Below are positions 1 through 10,729 of a stretch of 51,066 nucleotides of DNA, piece by piece (position 1 is the stretch's first letter; each line of letters starts with the position of its first letter). Made by a program: the position numbers and the translations under genes. The notes beneath the pieces are model-generated. The model was not told the origin of the DNA, ran no database searches, and saw only the letters and a program-made list of their open reading frames with translations. Source of the DNA: Parcubacteria group bacterium GW2011_GWD2_38_11 (GTDB taxonomy: Bacteria > Patescibacteriota > Minisyncoccia > Moranbacterales > GWC2-37-73); assembly GCA_000992325.1 (NCBI GenBank), contig LBTZ01000022.1, positions 1 to 51,066 of the forward strand, read 5' to 3'.

Positions 1-1
1 A

Positions 2-1042
2 AAAGTTGCCATTGATAAGGAAATTGAGCATTATTTTGATATTGCCATTAAAGAGGCTCAAAAAAGCGATAAACTTATTGCTGAGGCTTTGACGCATACA
101 AAAAAGATAGCACTTTCTGGAGGAAAGAGGATTCGCGGGGCCCTTTTGTGTCAGGCATATTTTGGATTGGGAGGTAAAGAAAAAAAGAAAATATTGAAAG
201 TTGCTGCTGCAATAGAGCTCGTGCATCTTTTTTTGCTGGTTCATGATGACATTATTGATCGTGGAGATCTGCGGCATAACCAGGACACTTTGCATAAGAT
301 GATTGAAAAGAGATATCGAAAGAATATTTCCACTGAGCAGGCGAAGCATTTTGGGGAATCAATTGCAATTATTGGCGGAGGGATGCTGTATACTATTGCT
401 AATAAAATAATTTTGGAGGCCGGATTTTCTTTGGAAGAAATGACGCGCGCACTTGTTCAGCTGCAAAAAATAGTGGCGACCACGATCATTGGACAATCGC
501 AGGATATCGCAATTGAATATGGCAAAAATGTCACCGAGCAAGAGGTACTGGCGATGTATGAAAATAAAACGGCGCGGTATACTTTTGAAGGACCGATTTA
601 TGTTGGAGCGATGCTGGCAGGTTGCAACGATAAAAAAACATTTACACTGCTCAGTGGTTATGCGATGCCGCTTGGAATTGCTTTTCAGATTAAGGATGAT
701 ATTTTGGGAATTTTTGGATCTAAAAAGAAAATGGGCAAGTCAGTTGCTTCTGATATCGAAGAAGGGAAACAATCACTTTTAGTTATAAAGGCTAGGCAAT
801 TAGCAACAAAAATGCAGAAAAATCAATTCAATTCAATTTTGGGAAAAAAGAAATTGACGCAAAAGGAAATATTGACGTTTCAAAATATTTTAAAATCAAC
901 CGGTGCGCTGGAATATGCTGAAAAACTGGCTGCGCAATATCTGGACAAAGGAAGAGGAGAAATTGAAAAAGCCGTTCTTTTGCCGCAGTCCAAAGAATTT
1001 CTCGTCGGGTTGGTGCAATATTTGGAAAAAAGAGAAAAATAA
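2..1042 (+). CDS. polyprenyl diphosphate synthase (IspA/GGPPS family), 5'-truncated by the window edge
   Basis: GGKRIR, first Asp-rich motif HDDIID, second motif FQIKDD, KTARY; frame is open back to position 2. Confidence 0.9.
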   Translation, partial: KVAIDKEIEHYFDIAIKEAQKSDKLIAEALTHTKKIALSGGKRIRGALLCQAYFGLGGKEKKKILKVAAAIELVHLFLLVHDDIIDRGDLRHNQDTLHKMIEKRYRKNISTEQAKHFGESIAIIGGGMLYTIANKIILEAGFSLEEMTRALVQLQKIVATTIIGQSQDIAIEYGKNVTEQEVLAMYENKTARYTFEGPIYVGAMLAGCNDKKTFTLLSGYAMPLGIAFQIKDDILGIFGSKKKMGKSVASDIEEGKQSLLVIKARQLATKMQKNQFNSILGKKKLTQKEILTFQNILKSTGALEYAEKLAAQYLDKGRGEIEKAVLLPQSKEFLVGLVQYLEKREK

Positions 1043-1140
1043 TAAAAAATTAATCATTTGGATTTGAGTCATTTGTTTGAAATTTGTCATTGAGATTTTG
1101 GATTTAAAATCTGCATTAAAAATCATAAAATATTAAAAAA

Positions 1141-1857
1141 ATGTTAACCGATAATAAAAAAAGTCTTCCTTTGCATATCGCCATCATTCCTGATGGAAAC
1201 AGGCGATGGGCAAAAGAAAAAAATCTTGAGCCGTGGCAGGGCCATAAGGCTGGAGCGGAAAAATTGGAGCAACTCGCTCGCTGGGCTTTTAATAATGGGA
1301 TTTTTTGTCTTTCATTCTGGGGATCGTCTTTAAAAAATCTTGAAAAAAGACCACTCAGAGAAAAACAGGAATTGTTAAAAATTTATGAAGAATATTTCAA
1401 GAAATTAATTGTAGATGAAGATATTCACCGCAACCGCGTAAGAATAAATGTGATTGGAAAATGGGAAAGTCAGTTTCCAACATCTCTAAAAAAGATTATA
1501 CTTGAAGGAGTTGAAAAAACAGCTCATTATGAAGAGCACGAGTTGAATTTCTTTTTGGCTTATAGTGGTGATGATGAAATGTTGGATGCTGTTCGGGCAA
1601 TTGCTGGAAGCGGAATTGATCCTAAAGAAATCACAGCTGAGACGATTAAACAAAACTTGATGACCAGTAAATTGCCAGCAGTTGATTTGCTGATTAGAAC
1701 AGGTGGTGAGCCTCATTTGAGTGTAGGTTTTATGATGTGGGATATCGCTAACTCATATTTATATTTTTCAAAAAAGTATTTTCCTGATTTTAATGAGACT
1801 GAGTTATCCGAAGCTATAAATGAATATTCCGCCAGTGGGAAGAGAGGGGGTAAATAA
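1141..1857 (+). CDS. uppS: undecaprenyl diphosphate synthase (cis-prenyltransferase)
   Basis: HIAIIPDGNRRWA, GHKAG, VDLLIRTGGE motifs. Confidence 0.92.
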   Translation: MLTDNKKSLPLHIAIIPDGNRRWAKEKNLEPWQGHKAGAEKLEQLARWAFNNGIFCLSFWGSSLKNLEKRPLREKQELLKIYEEYFKKLIVDEDIHRNRVRINVIGKWESQFPTSLKKIILEGVEKTAHYEEHELNFFLAYSGDDEMLDAVRAIAGSGIDPKEITAETIKQNLMTSKLPAVDLLIRTGGEPHLSVGFMMWDIANSYLYFSKKYFPDFNETELSEAINEYSASGKRGGK

Positions 1858-1961
1858 CTTAGTCAATAACCAAGAAACAATAACCAAATAAATCTCAAAT
1901 CACAAGCTTCAAAACAAAAGGGATTTGATTATCATATCTTTGTTATTAAGATAAAACTATT

Positions 1962-3074
1962 ATGAAGAAAATGCTCCTGGTGCTATTTTTTACGATGTTG
2001 CTGGTGCCCAATATTTCCTTGGCACAGGAAAAAAAACAGGCTGTTTATTTTTATGCAACTTGGTGTTCGCATTGCCAAAAGGTTGATTCCTTTTTGAAGG
2101 AGAATGGTTTTTATGGTAAATATGACATTAAAAAGTTTAATTTTGATGAAAGGGAAAATAAAATTCTCTTAAAAAAAGTGCTTGATGGCAAGATGATTGC
2201 AGACGGTGGAATTCCGGCGATGATTATTGATGAAGAAGTTTTTCTTGGGGATGTGCCCATCATCGATGCTTTTGAGAAAAAAATGGAAGCTTCAAATGGA
2301 ACAGCGCTGCAATATGTTGAAAAGTTTGGAGCTGGAAAGCAAGATGCAATCAAAGAATCTCCAAAACCAAAAAAAGAAGAATTCAGGGGAAGCAATGATG
2401 GTGTGGCTTTGCCACTATTGTTAGGTGCGGCATTAAGCGATGCAATTAATCCTTGTGCTTTTGCAGTGCTTATTTTGCTCGTTGGAACTGTGCTTAGGGC
2501 ACAAGGCAGGCGCAGGGCACTTTGGGCGGGACTATTGTTTTCTTTGGCGATTTTTATTTCGTATTTCTTGATGGGGTTGGGACTGTATAAGGCAATTACA
2601 ATTTTTAATATTCCAAAATATTTTTCATTGGTTGTTGGATCATTGGCTATTTTGATAGGATTAGCAAATCTAAAAGACACTTTTTGGTATGGAAAATTGT
2701 TTATTATGGAAGTGCCATTGTCTTGGCGTCCTAAAATGCAAACAATTTTGAAACATGCTACTAGTCCATTTGGTGCATTTACGAGTGGACTTCTGGTCAG
2801 TTTATTTTTGCTGCCTTGTTCAAGTGGTCCGTATATTGTGATTGTGGGGTTATTGGCAGAAAAAGTTAATGTGGCAGTTGCGACTTCTCAACTTGCTTTG
2901 TATAATTTTATTTTTGTCTTACCAATGCTTGCGATAACCTTGGGAATGTATTTCTTTAATTTTCAAATGGCCGAACTTGAAAAAATTCGCAGAAGTAATC
3001 TCAAGGTACTTCATGCGATTGTAGGAACTATTATGGTTTTGATGGGAATATATTTAATACAAGGATGGCTATAG
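1962..3074 (+). CDS. thioredoxin-fold domain fused to CcdA/DsbD-like transmembrane electron-transfer domain
   Basis: signal peptide, WCSHC, then TM domain with INPC and LPCS cysteines. Confidence 0.8.
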   Translation: MKKMLLVLFFTMLLVPNISLAQEKKQAVYFYATWCSHCQKVDSFLKENGFYGKYDIKKFNFDERENKILLKKVLDGKMIADGGIPAMIIDEEVFLGDVPIIDAFEKKMEASNGTALQYVEKFGAGKQDAIKESPKPKKEEFRGSNDGVALPLLLGAALSDAINPCAFAVLILLVGTVLRAQGRRRALWAGLLFSLAIFISYFLMGLGLYKAITIFNIPKYFSLVVGSLAILIGLANLKDTFWYGKLFIMEVPLSWRPKMQTILKHATSPFGAFTSGLLVSLFLLPCSSGPYIVIVGLLAEKVNVAVATSQLALYNFIFVLPMLAITLGMYFFNFQMAELEKIRRSNLKVLHAIVGTIMVLMGIYLIQGWL

Positions 3075-3251
3075 ATAAAATTGTAAGTTTAAAATTGCAT
3101 TCAGCTGTATAAGTCATCAGTCATCAGTAACCTGTAATTGATATGGGAGGATGACCGATGACTGATTGCTGATGACTATCATTAATTAATATTAATTTAA
3201 TAAATAATTGCATATTTAAACAGTAAATATCAGTTATTTTGTCACAAAATT

Positions 3252-3569
3252 ATGGAAATGGAGTTTACAGACCAGAATTTTGAACAAGAAGTTTTGAGGA
3301 GCGATGTGCCGGTGTTGGTTGATTTTTGGGCACCGTGGTGTGGACCGTGTCAGATGATGGGACCAATCGTGGAAGAGTTGGCAAGAGAAATGGGGGACAA
3401 GGCAAAAGTTGGAAAACTTAATGTTGATGAAAATGGAGAAATTTCATCAAAATTTGGTATTATGTCTATTCCTGCTATCAAAATCTTTAAAGATGGCGAG
3501 GTTGTAAAAGAATTTGTAGGGGTTCAATCTAAAGAAAATCTCAAAAAAGAATTGGAAGCACTTGCCTAG
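3252..3569 (+). CDS. trxA: thioredoxin
   Basis: VDFWAPWCGPC, SIP. Confidence 0.96.
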   Translation: MEMEFTDQNFEQEVLRSDVPVLVDFWAPWCGPCQMMGPIVEELAREMGDKAKVGKLNVDENGEISSKFGIMSIPAIKIFKDGEVVKEFVGVQSKENLKKELEALA

Positions 3570-3589
3570 GCTCTTTTTTATTTGAATTG

Positions 3590-3620
3590 AAAAATACCCA
3601 ACTTAGTTGGGTATTTTTTT
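3590..3620 (+). terminator. intrinsic terminator after trxA
   Basis: AAAATACCCAACT-T-AGTTGGGTATTTTTTT hairpin plus U tract. Confidence 0.75.
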
Positions 3621-3685
3621 GTTGATTGTGCTTTGATATTGAGGTATACTTTATATGAAATATTAAATACAAAAATATAAAAATT

Positions 3686-4609
3686 ATGTACGACCTTATT
3701 ATCATCGGTGCGGGTCCTGCGGGATTGGGTGCATCAATCTATGCTTCACGTTACAAGCTTAATCACGTTGTGATTGGGGGAGAAATTGGCGGACAAGTAG
3801 TTGAGGCCTGGGAAATTGAAAATTATGCCGGAATAGAATCAATTTCCGGCAAGGACTTGATGGAAAAATTTGTGAAACAAACAAAGGATTTGGGAGGTAA
3901 TATTATTGTGGGAAATGTTAATAAAATTTTAAAGGAAGGCGAATTCTTTTCTATTGCCACTGAAGACGGAAAGAAATATGAAGCAAGGGCTGTCCTTCTT
4001 GCTCTTGGTATGAAAGCAAGAAAGATGAATATTCCGGGAGAAGATAAATTCCTTGGCAAAGGTATTTCGTATTGCGCAACTTGCGATGCGATGTTTTTTC
4101 GCGGTAAGGATGTAGCAGTAATAGGGGGTGGCGATGCGGCGGCAACGGCTGCAATTCATTTGGCCGAATTTGCCAATAGTGTCCAGCTTTTATATAAAGA
4201 CGGGACTAAAACTTTTGAACCAGCTTGGGACGAACAAATGGCCAAGATGGGAAAGATTGCCTCCAGCACGTTCACAAACATCAGTGGCATTGAGGGTGAT
4301 GAAAAAGTGGAGGGCCTAGAATACGAACTCGATGGTAAAAAGAAAGAGTTATCAGTCCAAGGCGTATTTATTGAGATAGGCTCGACTCCAGGTGTTGTCA
4401 TTGCAAAAGAATTAGGTGTAAGCACGGATGAACAGGGTTATATTGCGGTTGATCAAACTCAGGCAACCAATGTTGATAATGTATATGCTGCAGGAGACGC
4501 TACAACTGGATCAAACAAGTTTCGCCAAATCATCACGGCAGTGGCTGAGGGGGCAGTGGCAGCAGGAAGCGTGTATAAGAAAATAAAATTAAACACCAAT
4601 AAAAAATAA
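3686..4609 (+). CDS. trxB: thioredoxin-disulfide reductase
   Basis: IIGAGPAG, YCATCD, IGGGD, AAGD. Confidence 0.93.
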   Translation: MYDLIIIGAGPAGLGASIYASRYKLNHVVIGGEIGGQVVEAWEIENYAGIESISGKDLMEKFVKQTKDLGGNIIVGNVNKILKEGEFFSIATEDGKKYEARAVLLALGMKARKMNIPGEDKFLGKGISYCATCDAMFFRGKDVAVIGGGDAAATAAIHLAEFANSVQLLYKDGTKTFEPAWDEQMAKMGKIASSTFTNISGIEGDEKVEGLEYELDGKKKELSVQGVFIEIGSTPGVVIAKELGVSTDEQGYIAVDQTQATNVDNVYAAGDATTGSNKFRQIITAVAEGAVAAGSVYKKIKLNTNKK

Positions 4610-4777
4610 AGAATTGATGAAGTTTTGAATTTTGTGAGATTAAGAATATTTTTTAAATTTTCAATTTTCAGTTTCCAATTTTCAAATAATTTTCAATTTT
4701 TCAATTTACCAATGATTGAAAATTCAAGTATTGAAAATTAAATGTGAATTGTGAATTGATAATTGATCATTGTTGTT

Positions 4778-5908
4778 ATGGATGCAATTGAATTATCAAA
4801 AAAAATGGGCGGGAAAATTGAGATAAGATCTAAGAAGAAATTAACCAAGGAAAGTCTGTCTATTTTGTATACACCAGGCGTTGCTGACGTTTGTAGAGCT
4901 ATTGCAAAAAACAAAAAACTCTCATTTGAATATACAATCCGTAAGAATACGGTGGCGGTTATTTCTGATGGAAGTGCTGTTTTGGGTCTTGGCAATATTG
5001 GTCCAGAAGCAGGACTACCAGTGATGGAAGGAAAGGCACTTTTGTTTAAGGAACTTGGCGGTGTGGATGCAATTCCGATAGTTTTGGCAACGCAAGATAC
5101 TGAAGATATTATTAAAATTGTGAAAGCTCTCGCACCAACTTTTGGAGGAATTAATTTGGAAGATATTTCTGCTCCGCGTTGTTTTGAAATAGAAAGACGC
5201 TTAAAAGACGAATTGGATATTCCTGTTATGCATGATGATCAACACGGAACAGCTATTGTTGTTTTGGCGGGACTGATTAATGCTCTTAAGGTTGTTAAAA
5301 AAGACATCAAAAAAATTAGAATTGTTATTTCTGGTGCAGGCGCTGCAGGGACTGCTATTATGAATCTTTTGATGAATTATGGCGCTAAGGATATTGTTGT
5401 GGTTGATAGCACCGGCATTATTTATAATGAGCGTCCCAGTGGGATGAATGATTCAAAAATGGAAATTGCAAAAATAACCAATCCTGAAAATTTACAGGGA
5501 ACACTACAGGATGCTTTGTTAGGTGCGGATGTTTTTATTGGCGTGAGCGCTCCTAACTTGATTAATCATCTTGATATTCGCAGAATGAGCAAAGATGCTA
5601 TCGTTTTTGCAATGAGTAATCCTATTCCTGAAATTATGCCAGATGAAGCTAAAAAGGGTGGAGCGGCAATTGTGGCAACCGGAAGATCTGACTATCCAAA
5701 TCAAATTAATAATGTATTGGTGTTTCCTGGCATTTTTCGTGGAGCGCTGGATACTCAAACAAAAAAAATAACAGAAATTCATAAATTGAAAGCAGCCAAG
5801 GCTCTTGCTTCTTTGATAAAAAAACCTACTCGTGATAAAATAATAATAAATGCACTTGATAAACGTGCAGTCAAAGTCGTGGCTAATGTTTTCAAAAAAC
5901 AAACATAA
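4778..5908 (+). CDS. NAD(P)-dependent malic enzyme (short form, no PTA domain)
   Basis: YTPGVA, DGSAVLGLGNIG, PVMEGKA, INLEDI, HDDQHGT, TGRSDYPNQINN; ATG at 4778 preferred. Confidence 0.92.
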   Translation: MDAIELSKKMGGKIEIRSKKKLTKESLSILYTPGVADVCRAIAKNKKLSFEYTIRKNTVAVISDGSAVLGLGNIGPEAGLPVMEGKALLFKELGGVDAIPIVLATQDTEDIIKIVKALAPTFGGINLEDISAPRCFEIERRLKDELDIPVMHDDQHGTAIVVLAGLINALKVVKKDIKKIRIVISGAGAAGTAIMNLLMNYGAKDIVVVDSTGIIYNERPSGMNDSKMEIAKITNPENLQGTLQDALLGADVFIGVSAPNLINHLDIRRMSKDAIVFAMSNPIPEIMPDEAKKGGAAIVATGRSDYPNQINNVLVFPGIFRGALDTQTKKITEIHKLKAAKALASLIKKPTRDKIIINALDKRAVKVVANVFKKQT

Positions 5909-5983
5909 AACATAAAACATGGAACATGGAACAAAGTTGGAGCATTGAAATGCTTTATGATCCATGCTTTATGATCCATAAAG

Positions 5984-6430
5984 ATGAATATAAAAATACA
6001 CAAACAAAAAATTGATTTGGAAAGTAAAAATCAAATTGAGTTTTTTGACATCACTGAGAAAGTACAAGAAATTATTGAGGCTTCGGGTGTTAGAGATGGA
6101 AATGTTGTTGTTTTCGCTCCACACACCACGATGGGTGTTATTATAAATCACAATGAGTCGATGCTTGTTCAAGATTTTATGCGCATTTTGTATAAGATTG
6201 TTCCGATGGATGATCGTTATTCTCATGATTTGTTTGAACTTCGTAGAAGCTCCAAATCAGATGGTAGAAGTAATGGGCACTCACATTGCAAATCATTTTT
6301 AATAGGAGTTAGTCAAACTGTCCCAATTGAAAAGGGAAAATTGTTGATAACTGAAAAGCAAAGTATTTTCGCCGTGGAATTTGATGGTGCTCGTAAGCGA
6401 GATGTTATTGTTCAGGTTATGGGTATTTGA
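5984..6430 (+). CDS. YjbQ/UPF0047 family protein
   Basis: PHTT...NE, NGHSH, EFDG.R motifs. Confidence 0.85.
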   Translation: MNIKIHKQKIDLESKNQIEFFDITEKVQEIIEASGVRDGNVVVFAPHTTMGVIINHNESMLVQDFMRILYKIVPMDDRYSHDLFELRRSSKSDGRSNGHSHCKSFLIGVSQTVPIEKGKLLITEKQSIFAVEFDGARKRDVIVQVMGI

Positions 6431-6536
6431 GAACACGGATTAGCACTGATTGATGACTGATCAAATACGGATTAATGCTAAGAAAAATCTGTGATTCGTT
6501 TTGATCTGTATTTAATCTGTTAAATTAGTTTTATAC

Positions 6537-7157
6537 ATGAGTAGGCTTGTTAATGATTTGATTAGAAAAGGCTATTTGCGCACTGATGATGTCATTAGCG
6601 CTTTTTCAGAAATTCATCGAACAGAATTTATTCCAAGTGATCTGGAAGGTCAGGCAGAAGCTGATATTCCCTTGCCAATTGGATATGGACAAACAATCTC
6701 ACAACCCTTGACTGTCGCATTAATGTTGGAACTGCTTGAACCTCGGAGTGGTCAAAATATTCTCGATGTTGGCAGTGGCAGTGGCTGGACAACTGCACTT
6801 TTGGCTCATATTGTTGGCAGCGCTGGCAATGTTACGGCTATAGAAGTTATTCCGGAACTCTGTAGGAGTGGTGAAAAAAATGTAAGTAAATTCAGTTTTA
6901 TAAAAAAAGGAGTTGTGCAATTTCATTGCCAAACTGCTGAAAATGGATTTGAAAAAAAAGCTCCCTATGACAGAATTTTGGTTTCAGCTTCAGTTGAAGA
7001 AATTCCCAAGGCTTTCAAGGAGCAGCTAGTGGTTGGGGGTAAGATGGTTATTCCGGTTAGAAATGAAATTTGGTTTGTTGAAAAAAGAGGATCTGATGAT
7101 TTTAATATAGAAAAATTTTCAGGATTTGCTTTCGTACCTTTTGTTGAAAAAAATTAA
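6537..7157 (+). CDS. pcm: protein-L-isoaspartate O-methyltransferase
   Basis: PLPIGYGQTISQP, LDVGSGSGW, APYDRI, FVP. Confidence 0.93.
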   Translation: MSRLVNDLIRKGYLRTDDVISAFSEIHRTEFIPSDLEGQAEADIPLPIGYGQTISQPLTVALMLELLEPRSGQNILDVGSGSGWTTALLAHIVGSAGNVTAIEVIPELCRSGEKNVSKFSFIKKGVVQFHCQTAENGFEKKAPYDRILVSASVEEIPKAFKEQLVVGGKMVIPVRNEIWFVEKRGSDDFNIEKFSGFAFVPFVEKN

Positions 7158-7292
7158 ATTATAAGTCATAAAACATAGAGCATAGAACATAAAAAATATA
7201 AAAAATAGCAAATATTTTTTTATTTCCGAGCAATCGCAGATATCAAAAGTTTTGATGCCTTTTATTATTTTATGCTGCGTGATTAATATCCT

Positions 7293-8312
7293 ATGAAGAT
7301 GCGAAGAAAAATTAGTATCATAATCCTTGGTCTAATGCTTGTCATTGGTGGTTTTTTTTATGTTTATGATAGAATTTATTTGGAATCTGGAACTGCCAGT
7401 GAAAAAAAAACAGTACTTATTGAAAAAGGGGATAACGCTTTGGTTGTCGGAGAAAAACTTGCTGGAGAGGGAATTATTGATGGAAAATATTTTTTAGTTC
7501 TCTATTTATTCAACAAGAATCACTTGCATAGTCTTGTGGCTGGCGCATATGAATTCGCGCCTGGTCTGAAAATTCCTGAAGTTGCAAGGATCATCACAGG
7601 AGGAGAAGTGATTTCCACGCGCATCCCAATAACTTTTCCTGAAGGGTGGACAATCAAGCAGATGGCTGAGAGATTGGATGCAAACGGTTTTTCAAAGAAT
7701 GATTTTATTTCTATCGTTAATAATCCTAGTTCAGAACTTAAGGAGAAGTATAAATTTTTAGGCGAAATTCCGAAGGGAAAATCGCTAGAGGGTTATCTTT
7801 TTCCTGACACATATTATTTCTCCAAAGATGCCACCGCTCAGGATATTGTTGAAAAAATGTTGAAGAATTTTGATGTAAAAATTACTGAAAATATGCGCGA
7901 TGATGTTTCGATGCAGAAAAAATCTCTTTATGATGTTGTGACAATGGCAAGTATCGTCGAAGGAGAAGTTAAAAATGATGATGACAGAAAGATTGTAGCT
8001 GGATTATTTTGGAACAGGCTTGAGAATGGAATGCCGCTGCAAAGCGATGCTACTTTGGAATATATTCTTGGCGACAATAAATTTCAACACTCTATCGCGG
8101 AAACAAAAATAGAATCTCCATACAACACTTATCAAAATAAAGGACTTCCGCCAGGACCAGTTTCTAATCCGGGCTTGAATTCTATTATTGCAGCAATTAA
8201 CCCAGCTCAGACAGATTTTGTTTATTTTTTGACTGACCCAAAAACAGGAAATACTGCTTTTGCAAAAACTTTTGAACAGCACATAACAAATAAGGCAAAG
8301 TATGGGTTGTAG
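7293..8312 (+). CDS. mltG: endolytic transglycosylase MltG
   Basis: N-terminal TM, EGYLFPDTY, ASIVEGE, SPYNTY, GLPPGP. Confidence 0.94.
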   Translation: MKMRRKISIIILGLMLVIGGFFYVYDRIYLESGTASEKKTVLIEKGDNALVVGEKLAGEGIIDGKYFLVLYLFNKNHLHSLVAGAYEFAPGLKIPEVARIITGGEVISTRIPITFPEGWTIKQMAERLDANGFSKNDFISIVNNPSSELKEKYKFLGEIPKGKSLEGYLFPDTYYFSKDATAQDIVEKMLKNFDVKITENMRDDVSMQKKSLYDVVTMASIVEGEVKNDDDRKIVAGLFWNRLENGMPLQSDATLEYILGDNKFQHSIAETKIESPYNTYQNKGLPPGPVSNPGLNSIIAAINPAQTDFVYFLTDPKTGNTAFAKTFEQHITNKAKYGL

Positions 8313-8524
8313 AAATTAGGATTTAGGTCGTAGGAAATACAAAAAATAGTAATTACTAAAATTACATAAAAATACTCTCACTTAAAAAGGATGCATAAAG
8401 CATCCTTGTTGCTTTGTTTAAGGTATAAAATACTTAAAATATTGATATTGTACATTATTAATAAGGGATAAATACAATTGTGGGTTTGTACTAAAAACCA
8501 ATTCCTAGCTCCTAAATCCTGTTT

Positions 8525-8553
8525 TTGACATTTTGGCTTACCCAAGCTATGAT
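8525..8553 (+). promoter_or_regulatory. sigma70-type promoter of the mreBCD-mrdA operon
   Basis: TTGACA-17 nt-TATGAT. Confidence 0.65.
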
Positions 8554-8598
8554 ATCAGAAGGTTAAAATGTTAATTTGGAGGGATATTTCATACTATT

Positions 8599-9684
8599 AT
8601 GGGGGAAAAAATAAAAAGCTTTTGGCAAAACATATTTGGAAATTTTTTTGGCAATATCTCGAGGGATATTGGCATTGACTTAGGAACTGCTAATACATTA
8701 GTCTATGTTAAGGGAAAAGGGATTGTGATTAATGAACCTTCAGTAGTTGCAATTAATAAGCGTACTGGACAAGTTTTGGCAATTGGTAGAGATGCAAAGC
8801 GAATGGTTGGAAAAACTCCAGGACACATTGTGGCAACACGACCATTGGTAGATGGTGTGGTAAGTGATTTTGAAGTGACCACTCAAATGCTTAAATATTT
8901 TATTGAAAAGGTTAACAAGGATTCTTTCACATTTTCTCCTAAGCCAAGAGTTTTGATTGGAATTCCATCGCGAATAACTGAAGTTGAAAAAAAGGCAGTT
9001 ATAGATGCTGCTATGAGCGCTGGAGCCAGGGAGGCATTTCTTATTGAAGAGCCAATGGCCGCTGCAATCGGAGCAAGGCTTCCAGTGACTGATGCTCGAG
9101 GGAATATGGTTGTTGACATTGGTGGCGGAACTTCTGAGATCGCAGTTATTTCCTTGGGAGGAATTGTGAGTGCGCGTTCTTTGCGAGTGGCGGGAGATGA
9201 AATGAATGAAGATATTATTCGTTATTGCAGAGATGAATTCAATTTGCTTATTGGTGAAAAAAGCGCAGAAGATGTCAAGATTGCAATTGGCAGTGCATAT
9301 CCGCTTAAAGAACAAATGAAGGTTACGGTTCGCGGACGTGATCTTGTGAGTGGTTTGCCAAAAGAGGTTATTGTAAATGATGAGCAAATTAGAGAAGCAA
9401 TTTCACGTTCAATTCGCATTATCGTGAATAATGTGAAAACAGTTATTGAGGAAACTCCACCAGAACTTCTTTCTGATATAATGCAACGAGGTATAATTTT
9501 GGCAGGTGGAGGAGGACTAATTAGAGGTCTTGATAAATTGGTCGCTAATCAGACGGAAATGCCAGTTCGAATGATGGAAGATCCGTTAACGGCAGTTGTG
9601 CGAGGAGTTGGAATTGTGCTTGAGGATCTCGAGAGTCTAAAAGATGTTCTTGTAGAAGATCAACGTGAGAAATCCTTCAAATAA
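8599..9684 (+). CDS. mreB: rod shape-determining actin homolog MreB
   Basis: IGIDLGTANT, EEPMAAAIG, VDIGGGT. Confidence 0.96.
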   Translation: MGEKIKSFWQNIFGNFFGNISRDIGIDLGTANTLVYVKGKGIVINEPSVVAINKRTGQVLAIGRDAKRMVGKTPGHIVATRPLVDGVVSDFEVTTQMLKYFIEKVNKDSFTFSPKPRVLIGIPSRITEVEKKAVIDAAMSAGAREAFLIEEPMAAAIGARLPVTDARGNMVVDIGGGTSEIAVISLGGIVSARSLRVAGDEMNEDIIRYCRDEFNLLIGEKSAEDVKIAIGSAYPLKEQMKVTVRGRDLVSGLPKEVIVNDEQIREAISRSIRIIVNNVKTVIEETPPELLSDIMQRGIILAGGGGLIRGLDKLVANQTEMPVRMMEDPLTAVVRGVGIVLEDLESLKDVLVEDQREKSFK

Positions 9685-9706
9685 AAAACAAGAAAGTAAG
9701 CACGTA

Positions 9707-9820
9707 CTGCTTGTATGGCTATTTATTTTTTTGGCACGTTTTTGACCGAAAATCTTGGTCAAAAACTCTTGATTACTGTTGTAATCAACGGCCAAAAAAA
9801 CAAACAGCCATACAAAACAG
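9707..9820. repeat. structured intergenic element (outer inverted repeat enclosing two hairpins)
   Basis: TGTATGGCT..TTTTTTTGGC pairs with GCCAAAAAAA..AGCCATACA; inner GTTTTTGACC/GGTCAAAAAC and TTGATTAC/GTAATCAA. Confidence 0.7.
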
Positions 9821-9906
9821 ATAATATTAGAAAGGCAACAAATTTATACATCAAATCTTGTTTGGTGTTTGTATCTTGGTTATTGTATCTTTAGTTTATC
9901 TCAATT

Positions 9907-10716
9907 ATGCAGCAATTTGCAAAAACCAAATTATTTAAAGTATTTTTTGTGGCAGCAATTTTTTTGCTGCTTATTTTTTTGAATCCCTATATTTTTTTTA
10001 ACCCTTTTCGTAGTGTGGTAGGTGCTATCTTCTTGCCTTTTCAAAAGGTTTTTTATTCTGTATCTATTGGCATAGAAAGTGGAAGTGAATTTTTGGGATC
10101 AATCGGACAGCTTAAGAGTGAAAATGAAAAATTGTTTAAAAAAAATCAGGAATTGGTTGCAAAAAATGCAATGCTTAATGATATGCAAAACGAGAACATA
10201 AATTTGCGCGATCAACTAAGATTGCTTCCAAGAGATGAATATGATTTAGTCGCAGCAACAGTTGTGAGTCAGGATCCTCATAGTATGGGAAATTGGTTGG
10301 AGATTGATAGGGGGAGTAATGACGGTATTGTTAGTGGGATGTCTGTCATAGTCTCTGATAGTATTTTGATTGGAAGAATTCAGGAAGTTAACGCGAAGAG
10401 CTCAAAGGTTATGCTTATGACAAATTCAAAAAGCACTGTTAATGTGATGACCTCACAAAATAGTACAAGGGGTGTTGCGAAAGGAGAATATGGTTTGGGA
10501 ATTATTTTCGATATGATTTTGCAGACTGATACTGTTGCGGTTGGGGATGATGTCGTTACCTCCGGAATTGGGGGAGAGATGCCGAGAGGGTTGTATATTG
10601 GATCAGTGCAGGAAGTTCACGCTTCGCCCGATCATTTATTTCAACAGGCTGTAATCGCGGCTCCACTTTCAGTTTCAAAATTGCAAACGGTTTTTGTTAT
10701 TAAAAAAAGTAAATAA
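9907..10716 (+). CDS. mreC: rod shape-determining protein MreC
   Basis: TM, coiled coil, IDRGSNDGI, VVTSG.GG..P.GL.IG; synteny. Confidence 0.92.
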   Translation: MQQFAKTKLFKVFFVAAIFLLLIFLNPYIFFNPFRSVVGAIFLPFQKVFYSVSIGIESGSEFLGSIGQLKSENEKLFKKNQELVAKNAMLNDMQNENINLRDQLRLLPRDEYDLVAATVVSQDPHSMGNWLEIDRGSNDGIVSGMSVIVSDSILIGRIQEVNAKSSKVMLMTNSKSTVNVMTSQNSTRGVAKGEYGLGIIFDMILQTDTVAVGDDVVTSGIGGEMPRGLYIGSVQEVHASPDHLFQQAVIAAPLSVSKLQTVFVIKKSK

Positions 10717-10729
10717 TTTCAAATAAAAA

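Noticed and set aside
370-390. GGGM instead of the usual GD motif in the prenyltransferase
   Set aside because: Both Asp-rich catalytic motifs are intact; cannot distinguish a variant from a sequencing error.
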